A DNA stretch of 21,479 bases from positions 310,001 to 331,479 of the forward strand of contig JAVKOQ020000025.1 in NCBI GenBank assembly GCA_031835245.2, in the 5' to 3' direction. Below the pieces are notes generated by a model. The model was not told the origin of the DNA, searched no databases, and saw only the letters and a program-made list of their open reading frames with translations. This document shows, piece after piece, positions 8,998-17,363 of this stretch; positions within the stretch are counted from its first letter, which is position 1; each line of letters begins with the position of its first letter. Source of the stretch: Balamuthia mandrillaris (taxonomy: Eukaryota). The translations under genes were made by a program, and so were the position numbers.

Positions 8998-11900
8998 CTT
9001 CAGTAGCGTTTGTCAACTCTAGGGGCTGGGGACAAGAGGAATTGGTCAGCTGTTGGGCTGACAGTAAGCAATTTGACATTATTGGAGTGTGCGAACATAG
9101 GAGGATGGTTGCCCCTCGATTGGAGGGGTATCGGTGGATGGGTGGAGGGGCTGCTCCAGGGAGGAGTGGCTATGGAAGGGGTGGCGCAGGTTTCTTTGTT
9201 CGAGAGGGCTTCAAGGGGAACATCGGAGAAAGGAAAGAGTGGCGAACACCCAACTCCACTTGGGTGGAACTGGCGGGACAGGGTTGCATCTTTATAATCG
9301 GTATAGTGTATCTCCCTCCAGGAGGTACCGTGGACAACTTTAAGGTCACCTTGGCTGCGATTGAGAAAAGAATCCTGGACGTGGTCAAGGAAGGAAGACC
9401 CCTGATTATTGGAGGTGATTGGAACGCCAGGGTTGGAAAGGGATGGAATGGTAGAGGTGAATCTACTTACAACACGAGAGGAAAGGTGTTGGTGGAGGCT
9501 TTCAAAAGGCTGGCCCTCTCGTTGCCTCAGCTCGAAGAGGAAGCGCCAGTATTTACATGGAGAGCGGGAAAACGAAAGAGCATTGTGGACTATGTGGTAG
9601 CATGGAGATGGACGGGCAAGGTAGTTGGTGACAGATGGCAAGCTTGGACCGATCATCGACCACTGGTAGTCGAGTTGAAGGACCCAGCAGATAATTGTGG
9701 CGGGGTTTGGATGGAACGATGGAAGTGGAAGTCCTACTCGGAGGAAGATCGCAAGAGGAGGTGGAGGGAGTACAAACGCGGGGGCAAGCGTTTCTTCAAA
9801 GGAGAGGAATGGAAGGCCATGGTCAAGAAAACACGGGAGGGAGCAGCTACTGTTGAAGATCTTTGGAGCAAGTGGAAAAAAGGATTGTGGGATTGTGCAA
9901 TGAGATGGTTTGGTAGAGAAAGGAGACTGATAGGAGCAACAACAAGCAGGGCAAGGAAGCCATGGTGGACAGCAGAGTTAACATCCTTGAACAAGCAGGT
10001 AGTGATAGCCCATGCTCAGTGGCTAAGAGAAGGAAAGAATGATGGAAAGGCCAGAGAGGAATTTGTGGAACTCAGGAAAAGGTTTGTGAAGTTGTGGAGA
10101 GCCAACAAATGGGACTGGATGAAGTGGAAAAGACAAGAGAACATCAAGGAAATGCAGAAATGGATCGGCAACATGTGGAGGATAGTGGCAAAGCGTAGAG
10201 CAGAGCCCAAAGCAGTTAGGGAGCACCACGGTAGCACGGCCGCCTTCAAGGAACATTGGGCAAAGCTGGGAAGGAAGGATTCTTCCATTGGGAGCTTGCA
10301 TCGAGAGGAAGCAGGTCCAGAAGGACTGCCTTGGTCTGGTAGTAACTGGCTTAAGAAGGAGAGTTTTAATCTTGCATGGAGGAAAAGATTGAGGGTGGGC
10401 AAAGCAGCTGGGGTGGACAATATTGATGGGGAAATGATGAAGTTTGGAGGCAAACATGTGCAAGATGCAACTTGGACGCTGATCAAGGTCATTGAGAACC
10501 AAGGCATATTCCCCAAGGAGTGGAAACAGGGGGTGGTTATTCCCTTGCATAAGGCAGGAGATCCCCAGAATCCAGCAAACTATAGAGGTATTACTCTCCT
10601 ATGCAATGCAGCCAAGGTGTTTGAAGGAGCTATCTTGGTACAATTGAACATACAAGCAAGAGAGCAAGGGTGGATAAGTAATTGCCAGGGTGGATTTAGA
10701 AAAGGAAGGGGAGTCATGGATCAGGTGTGGCGGTTGAAGAAATGCCTGAGGAAGAGAAGCAAAGAACGTACCTATATTGCTCTGTTGGATATCAGCAAGG
10801 CATATGACATGCTTGACCATGACATACTGGCAAGGACATTACGCAAAAGAGGAGCAGAAGAGGCAGCAGTGGGTATCATTACAGAGTGGTACCATGGTAT
10901 GACGAGTGTTATTCGCATGAATGGGCAGCTTTCAGAGGAATTTCTGGTGGAAAGAGGAGTTAAGCAAGGAGGAGTTTTGTCTCCATTCTTGTTCAATGTA
11001 TACATTGATGTGGGGGCAAGAAAGCTACAAGCTGCAGAGGAGAAGGAAAGAGGAGATAAAGCAAGGAATGTTTGCTTGTTGTTTGCAGATGACTTGGCAG
11101 TGGTGGCCAGCGACCCATTTGAGCTTCAGAGAAGATTGAATGTAGCAGTGGAGGCAGTGAATGCTCTGGGACTTCAGTTCAATGCAAAGAAATCAGTGGT
11201 GCTAGTACAAGGAAAGAAGGCTCATTTTCAAGAGTGGAGACTGAAGGGGGAGGCTGTGAAACGGGTGAAGGAGGCCAAGTACCTGGGACTGTGGTTTGAA
11301 GAAAGTGGGGAATGGACAACTCATGCCAAGGAGAGGATCACCAAGGCCAAGCAAGCCCTCTACAGCCTTAGGCAGCGGGGAGCCATTGCCCAAGGCCTTG
11401 GTACACGCACTGCCCAGATTGCTGCAGAGGCTATTGTCAAGTCTACCTTGTCATATGGATTATGTATGACAGAGCTTTCCAAATCATGGTGGAAGAAGAT
11501 CGAAGCAGTGTGGAATGAGACAGCAAGAAGTGTATTGCAAGTTCATCGAAGGACTGTGGCGGGGGTTTGTAGAGCAGAATTGGGCTGGTTGACCATCAAG
11601 GCCTACTGTGAGTTGGAAAGACAAGCGGTAATTCATCATGCTGAGAGGCAAGATGGCCACTTTGAGCTACTTGAAGAGGTAAGCCAAGCAAGTGAAGAGG
11701 AAGGGGAGAAGAATGAAGGTGAGGGAGGTGACGGGATGACTGTTGTTGAAAAGAAAGCCAAGAGGATGAGGGCCTTAACTCGAGTAGCCAAGATGGAGTA
11801 TGCAGCTGAAGGAGAAAGAGGAACAAGAGCATGGCTATGGCATAACTTCTTGACAAATGGAAGATGTTTGGTTGGACAACAACGGTGCTTAGTGATTACC

Positions 11901-12299
11901 AACCCAAGGAAAGAACGTTTGATGAATGCTATTCGCTGTGGTGGACTGCCTATTGGAAAAAAGTGGGGATCCATTCAGCAGTCTGAGGTGGATAGCAAGT
12001 GCCCTGCATGTGATGCTGAGGAAGAAACAGCAGAACACTTCCTGTTAAGGTGTCCTAACCTTTGGGAAGATCGCTTTAGAATCTGGAGTGTGGACAATGG
12101 AAGTGAAGAACAAGTCAGAAAGCTGATTATTGAAGACTGTACAACAAAGCTCCTGTCAAGTGGAAAGAAATGTAACAGAGCTCAAGAGATGGAACAATGT
12201 AAGCAAAGTTGTAAACGAGTCTGGAGATTATGGGCAGCAAGAGCAAGTTGGAAGCATGGAAGTTCTTCTGCATTTTATCAGTCTTTGGAAGTAATGTAA
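8994..12299 (+). CDS. LINE ORF2: AP endonuclease + reverse transcriptase + C-terminal Zn finger (1101 aa)
   Basis: APE motifs: DIIGVCEH, GIVYLPP, GGDWNA, SIVDY, TDHRPL. RT motifs: KAAGVDNI, NYRGITL, QGGFRKGR, LDISKAYD, GVKQGGVLSPFLFNVY, FADD, KYLGL. Zn finger: CPAC-x8-H-x4-C. Confidence 0.97.
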   Translation: MTSVAFVNSRGWGQEELVSCWADSKQFDIIGVCEHRRMVAPRLEGYRWMGGGAAPGRSGYGRGGAGFFVREGFKGNIGERKEWRTPNSTWVELAGQGCIFIIGIVYLPPGGTVDNFKVTLAAIEKRILDVVKEGRPLIIGGDWNARVGKGWNGRGESTYNTRGKVLVEAFKRLALSLPQLEEEAPVFTWRAGKRKSIVDYVVAWRWTGKVVGDRWQAWTDHRPLVVELKDPADNCGGVWMERWKWKSYSEEDRKRRWREYKRGGKRFFKGEEWKAMVKKTREGAATVEDLWSKWKKGLWDCAMRWFGRERRLIGATTSRARKPWWTAELTSLNKQVVIAHAQWLREGKNDGKAREEFVELRKRFVKLWRANKWDWMKWKRQENIKEMQKWIGNMWRIVAKRRAEPKAVREHHGSTAAFKEHWAKLGRKDSSIGSLHREEAGPEGLPWSGSNWLKKESFNLAWRKRLRVGKAAGVDNIDGEMMKFGGKHVQDATWTLIKVIENQGIFPKEWKQGVVIPLHKAGDPQNPANYRGITLLCNAAKVFEGAILVQLNIQAREQGWISNCQGGFRKGRGVMDQVWRLKKCLRKRSKERTYIALLDISKAYDMLDHDILARTLRKRGAEEAAVGIITEWYHGMTSVIRMNGQLSEEFLVERGVKQGGVLSPFLFNVYIDVGARKLQAAEEKERGDKARNVCLLFADDLAVVASDPFELQRRLNVAVEAVNALGLQFNAKKSVVLVQGKKAHFQEWRLKGEAVKRVKEAKYLGLWFEESGEWTTHAKERITKAKQALYSLRQRGAIAQGLGTRTAQIAAEAIVKSTLSYGLCMTELSKSWWKKIEAVWNETARSVLQVHRRTVAGVCRAELGWLTIKAYCELERQAVIHHAERQDGHFELLEEVSQASEEEGEKNEGEGGDGMTVVEKKAKRMRALTRVAKMEYAAEGERGTRAWLWHNFLTNGRCLVGQQRCLVITNPRKERLMNAIRCGGLPIGKKWGSIQQSEVDSKCPACDAEEETAEHFLLRCPNLWEDRFRIWSVDNGSEEQVRKLIIEDCTTKLLSSGKKCNRAQEMEQCKQSCKRVWRLWAARASWKHGSSSAFYQSLEVM

Positions 12300-12530
12300 G
12301 CAAGGAAAAGAGGAAAAAGGAAAGGGAAAGAAAAGGATAGCTAGATGATACAAAGTTGGTCTGAAATCTCATTAAACACCTTTCACTTGTGAATTGAGTA
12401 ACAATTGGGAAGGCATTGAGGATGAGGGAGTAAGAAAAGTAAGAGTACACTATGTATGTACAAGGCTTACTTTTTATGTATAGATTGGTGTTGCTCTCAG
12501 AGCAAATAAACTTTTTATTACTACTACTAC

Positions 12531-12542
12531 TACTTGTAAAGG
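12531..12542 (+). repeat. LINE target-site duplication, right copy
   Basis: TACTTGTAAAGG, identical to 7620-7631. Confidence 0.95.
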
Positions 12543-13493
12543 AATACCTAAGTCAAGGCAAGAGCATTGGAATCATCCAAGAGCCACTGGTGAAGTCTTT
12601 TCTCTTGCAGAGAGCACAACTAAACGACGCTCATTCAGTTTGTGATGAATTCATTGCACAACGGCTGAGGAGAGCTCATGGCTCCAGTTTCGGCAATGAA
12701 GCAGAGTATGCTGTAGCAAATCAGATTTTGCACTATAGTCAGAGGCCCCTTAAACAACTACTCGCAGACTGGGGGTGTGATTGGGAAGGAGTATCTGAGG
12801 ACATGATTGTGCTTGCAAAGACCTCTGTTGCACTGGGCATAGATTCCACGGACCTCTTTACAGATGCTTCCCTGGTTAGAGTTACTCGGCCACGTGATGC
12901 TATAGTGCTACCAGATGCCTTGTTCTTTGCTACAGATGGACACATGCTCTGCCTTGTCTTTATACAAATCAAGTGTGTGTCAAACAAACTATCTAACGAA
13001 GAATTTGATGGCGCCATTTGCAGCACAAGTATGTTCACTTCGTTTCCTTACCAGAAATGTTACTGACTTAATTGTTTTCAGGCATTGATAAGTTTTTCAC
13101 AAAGTCCAGTCAGCCAACAGGTGTGCCACTTTTTTCCACCTTTGTAAACCCTCTGACTTTCCTTCCTTTTTCAATCTATTAGACCAATCCAGGAGATTTG
13201 TGACAAACTGGAAGAGTTTTGCAGAGAACAATAAGATTGACTTTGTACGAGTGATTGTTTGCACAGCAGGCTGGACTGGCCCTCAAGCATCAGCTATTAA
13301 TTTACACAACACACAGTGCAGGAGAGAGCCCATCCTATTGGCTGCACCTAGTGCAAGGGAGGCCATTTTTGGCTCTTGCTGTGCTAGAGTATTGGGCCAG
13401 CTTGTTTCAGAACCCAAGGGCCATCATGAAGGTGGAGCTTCACAGCCCAAAGAAAGTTGGCAACTGAGTGCAAAGTTCCTTTATCAAACCTAG
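12543..13493 (+). pseudogene. 3' part of the NTPase-nuclease gene (PD-(D/E/Q)xK-like domain)
   Basis: Removing the LINE restores AGFVLVK|EYLSQGK in frame. Exons 12543-13028, 13082-13120 and 13183-13493 (TAG) are GT-AG and in frame. Motifs: GNEAE, LPDALFF...VFIQIK. Confidence 0.75.
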
Positions 13494-13562
13494 AGCATAT
13501 TAAACCTTTTAAGAAAAATTAACCTTCAATAGCATGCCTTGAAATCATAAAAACATATGAGT

Positions 13563-13752
13563 TAAGAGGGGGAGTATGTTGGTAAAATCACCAATACTTA
13601 TCTCAAGACTCCTCATGTTGAATCCATCCCGGACCCTCTGCTCTCCTTTCTTTTGTATCCTCCATCCTTCCTTTCTCCCTTTTTCCCTTTCTCTCAGTGA
13701 ACTTTGAAGCAACATCAGATTCACTCTTGTTGTCCTTTCTATTCTTGAGGTT
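13563..13752 (+). mobile_element. Polypurine tract plus truncated 3' LTR, family A
   Basis: AAGAGGGGGAG followed by TGTTGGTAAAATCACC at 13577. Matches the reverse complement of 13916-14150 with an internal deletion and loss of the 3' end. Confidence 0.8.
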
Positions 13753-13755
13753 CAT

Positions 13756-13885
13756 CTCTCTGTAGTTTGCTGAGTTTTGAGGATCTCCTGCCTTATCAAG
13801 GGGATAACCACCCCTAGTTTCCATTCATTGGGAAATATGCCTTGGTGCTCAATGGCCTTGATCAGGATCCAAGTTGCATCTTGCA
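13756..13885 (-). mobile_element. LINE ORF2 (RT) fragment
   Basis: Reverse complement matches about 10459-10587 (QDATWILIKAIEHQGIFPNEWK..VVIPL, AGDPQNSANYR). Confidence 0.9.
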
Positions 13886-13915
13886 TCAAGCTATATGAGC
13901 CTGTTTTTGAAAGTT

Positions 13916-14150
13916 TGTTGGTTGAATCCAACCTCAAGAATAAAAGAGTCAATGACGAGACAAGAAGTGTATTCAAGAGAATAGAGGAAGGACAACGGGA
14001 GTGAATCTCTGACGTTGCTTCAAAGTACACCGAGAGAAAAGGGAAAAGGGAGAAGGGAAGGATGGAGGATACAAAAGAAAGGAGAGCTGAGGGTCCGGGA
14101 CGGATCCAACATGAGGAGTCTTGAGATAAGTGTTGGTGATTTTACCAACA
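13916..14150 (-). mobile_element. Solo LTR, family A (235 bp)
   Basis: Termini TGTTGGT...ACCAACA and 4-bp TSD AGTT (13912-13915, 14151-14154). Orientation is taken from the PPT-linked copy at 13577. Confidence 0.88.
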
Positions 14151-15429
14151 AGTTAGCAATAAAGTTATAGGGAGTAGAGAAAAAAGCAAGCAAGTCTTCA
14201 TTATACAAACCCAGCTTTCTGTCACTAAGGAGGATACCAATGCTTTTATCTATTGATGGAGTTCAACTGATCCAAGTGGCAGTGGCAATTAAGCTGGTTA
14301 TTGCTGTGATAAGGCCAGTAGGAGAACAACCTGACAGACACCAACTTGATGGATGTAGGGAAAACACCTTTAATAGAATGAAAGAAAGATTGTTGTTAAA
14401 AAGTAAGCATTGTATATTAGTAGCCACTATTAGTGCCTACTAATAGGCCTCTTATAGTAGAGGAAAGGATCAGGACTATCTTGTGGGAAGGAAGTTTGAC
14501 ACTTCCTGACTCAGAAAGCTTGTAGCAGAAAATGTCCTTGAATTCAAGGGCTAGCTCTATAGCTGTACTTTCTGTTTGATATTTAAGTCTCTGTTGTTTA
14601 TGAGCTTTCTTAACCTGTTTTTATCTCTTCCTCTGTGAGAAGCTCCACCATGATCTCCAGAGGACAGTTGAGCACATTGGTCTCCTGTGCTATCAATAGC
14701 TTCATCCAACAAACACTTCTACTCAAAGAAGTAAAAATGACTAATATACATTATGGGAATATGTTAAGAAGTGCCACTGGCCATGAAGTGAGCTGAAGGG
14801 TTATGTTACTCTTCATTTTGGATGCTTACTTGCAAGAACATCAAGGCAACTATTGCTGACACAAAGAGCTAGTCTGGATGCCAAAGCCAAGCTCCAGCCT
14901 AGAACATTGTTATCATGAATACACATTGCTGCTGAAGATGACATTGTGACGTCTTGGGTCTCCTTTGTGACTAAGGTGCACACTCAGTAATCATCAGATT
15001 TATACAGCAAGCCTTTCACAGGTTTGCTCTCAGTGAGAAGCAACAAACGGCATCATGCTTCCAAAATGTCCCAGCTGATGAGAAAATTGTAAAGCATCAG
15101 AAAAGCAAAAATGTCATTGTTCTTGCTGTGATCACTAGTCAACATGTTTCGTTTCTAAGCACTCTCTTATCCAGTGCTCTCTTGACTTGCAGTTGTAGCA
15201 AAAGGGTCGCCTTTTCCTCTTATCACTGCCCAAACTGCTGTCATGGTTATGCTTCTTCCTAGACCAATGGTCCAACCCAAGGTAGTGGCTGGTTTTGATA
15301 TTGATTGTCTCATAGAGAGTATTGAGTGTGGTGGCTTCTATGATTAATCAATATGTGGGGCAAAAGAAAGATGAATCACTCCTTTTGATAAAAAAAAATG
15401 TTGGTTAGTCCAACTTAATAGAAGAAAGG

Positions 15430-16008
15430 AAGTTATTTTGCTAATATATGTCTTGTTTCTTTGCCATTTCTTCCTTTCAGTATTCCAAGCTTGGTGTGCT
15501 GACTGCAGTTACCATTGGAGGCAAATTCCTTTCCATAGTAATCTGCTAACACCACAGAGCTGATCCAACTACCTCTGTATCAGACAAATAATGGGATCTT
15601 CCTTTTTCTTTCACTATAAGATTATTGATCTCCTGGTCAAGAGATTCAATCAGGTCCCTGAATCAGTGAGAGTATGCCTGCCTTGGAGAGCATACCACAC
15701 TCACAAGAAACACTGCTAAAATGATCAAACAGCTGCACCACTTGACTTTTGGTTTGCTCCTTAACATCATTTGCACTGATTGAGTCTGAATCAATTATCC
15801 TCTTAGGCACAGCACTAGTCCCTTTCTCTTAGCAGGGCGAATCTACTGCCAAGTTATGTTGATCCTCTGCACCTCTGTCATTCTCCTCCTTTTGCTTAAT
15901 CCAAGGAGGAATTTTTGCTATGGTAGTGTTTAGGTGCCTATACTGTTCCATTGCCAACTTGAACCCTTGCAAAGCAGACTTCCATAAACATTCCTTTATG
16001 GTCTAATC
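15430..16008 (-). pseudogene. Decayed copy of LINE ORF1
   Basis: Reverse complement aligns to about 7725-8450 with several deletions and many CG->TG/CA changes. Confidence 0.9.
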
Positions 16009-16014
16009 CTTGTA

Positions 16015-16055
16015 GTAGTAATAGTGGTAATAAGAAGTTTATTTGCTCTGGGAGC
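16015..16055 (-). mobile_element. Very short LINE 3' end (poly(A) signal + TAC tail)
   Basis: Reverse complement gctcccagagcaaataaacttcttattaccactattactac resembles 12493-12530. Confidence 0.85.
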
Positions 16056-16065
16056 CCTTCTTGTA

Positions 16066-16311
16066 TAGTAGTAACAATAAGTTTATTTGCTCTAAAAGCA
16101 ACACCACACTATATATATATATATATACGTAATAAGTAAACATTGTATACTTAGTATACTCTTACTTCTCTTACTTTCTCATTCTCAATGCCTTCTTATT
16201 TGTTTTTTTTAATTCACAAGTGAAAGGTTCAGGTGTGGTCTTTGGTCATTAGTACTTGTGTCTGTCTGTCTAACTTCATATCATCTAGCTATCCTTTTCT
16301 CTCTCCTTTCC
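16066..16311 (-). mobile_element. LINE 3' UTR copy
   Basis: Reverse complement aligns to about 12315-12530 (aaaaggatagctagatgata, cctttcacttgtgaatt, gaaggcattgag, agagcaaataaact), with an (AT)n expansion. Confidence 0.9.
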
Positions 16312-17155
16312 TTTTATTTTCCCCTTTTCCTCACAACACCCTCAAATCACACACTTTGGTCCACACCTCTTTTCTTGTTAACCCAGAGTTGCTTACATGA
16401 CATCGCTTTCTTGATTTGCAGGGTTTATCCCCATTAACATTTTTTTAAAGCAAACTCTTAGTAGCAAAAAAGGTTCAACCTTACCACAAAGAGCAACAAT
16501 GATAAGTAAGGTGCTCAACATTGGGATGAATTATCCCTTGTAAAACTTCATCATCTCATTGAAAAGGAACACATAGACATGTCCATCTTTGAGTACTACA
16601 AGGCAACAATTACTAACACCATCACACACAGACAATCAGTTGAACACCCTCACTTGCATCATGAACAAAATCACAGACTGCCTTGAGTGCATCAAGCTCA
16701 ACCAAGTGCTCTTAGCCCAACACCAACAACATACCAAGCCTGAAAAGGTCAATGAAGAGAGCCTTTTCATCAACAGTCCAGCCCACATAGCAGACACTCC
16801 CTACCATGCAGCGACCTATCTTTTCCAGAGAGCACATTGTTCTCCCCTTCAGCACAACCTACCTCTCTGGACTCTCCTTCATTTTCCTCTAAAATCCTGA
16901 CTGGTCTACCCACTTCCAACCCTGAATGTGACGGCAACTTGAAACCCTTCCTGGGAATAACCTTCAAATTGTCAACCTGCATTCCAACATGTGGAACATG
17001 ACTCTGGCAAAGTACATACAAGGGTCTAAGACCACTTCCAGCTGGGTACAAAACTAAATAGTCATACCTTGCTTGCCATGGCATCAGGCCAGAGATGTCT
17101 ACACCACCCACTTCAGCAGCACAGAACTTCAAACCCATCTCCATTACAACTTCTT
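16312..17155 (+). mobile_element. Partial 5' LTR of family B (ends AACA at 16439), T-tract, and decayed gag-like sequence
   Basis: 16312-16439 matches the reverse complement of 18455-18590. The downstream + frames give a weak gag-like WVQN*IVIPCLPWHQARDVYTTHF; the gag call is tentative. Confidence 0.6.
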
Positions 17156-17363
17156 TAAGACTCCTCATGTTGGATCTGTCCTGGACCCTCAACTCTCTTT
17201 TCTTTTGTATCCATCATCCTTTCTTTCTCCCTTTTCTGCTTTCTCTCGGTGTACTTTGAAGCAACGTCAGAGATTCACTCTCATTGTCATTCCTCTATTC
17301 TCTTAAATACTCTTTTTGTCTCATCACTAACTCTTTTATCCTTGAGGTTGGATTCAACCAACA
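17156..17363 (+). mobile_element. 5'-truncated LTR, family A
   Basis: Matches the reverse complement of about 13916-14123, ends ACCAACA at 17363, and abuts Gypsy integrase sequence. Confidence 0.88.

Larger units (their letters stand above)
7632..12530 (+). mobile_element. Apparently full-length APE-type non-LTR retrotransposon (LINE), about 4.9 kb
   Basis: Two open ORFs, about 230-nt 3' UTR with AATAAA (12505-12510), (TAC)n tail (about 12519-12533), 12-bp TSD, and a G-run at the 5' junction. Confidence 0.95.

Noticed and set aside
8170..11974. Antisense ORFs within the LINE (e.g. 8170-8838, 9000-9656, 10016-10550)
   Set aside because: They have no recognisable motifs and are expected as shadows of a purine-rich coding strand.
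8994..12299. Retron, DGR, group II intron or telomerase-type RT
   Set aside because: The APE domain, ORF1, TSD and simple-repeat tail identify an ordinary non-LTR retrotransposon.
16300..16400. LINE 3' UTR and LTR-B being one shared sequence
   Set aside because: The solo LTR-B at 18455-18663 has its own termini and TSD and lacks the LINE UTR. The overlap is only a low-complexity pyrimidine junction.
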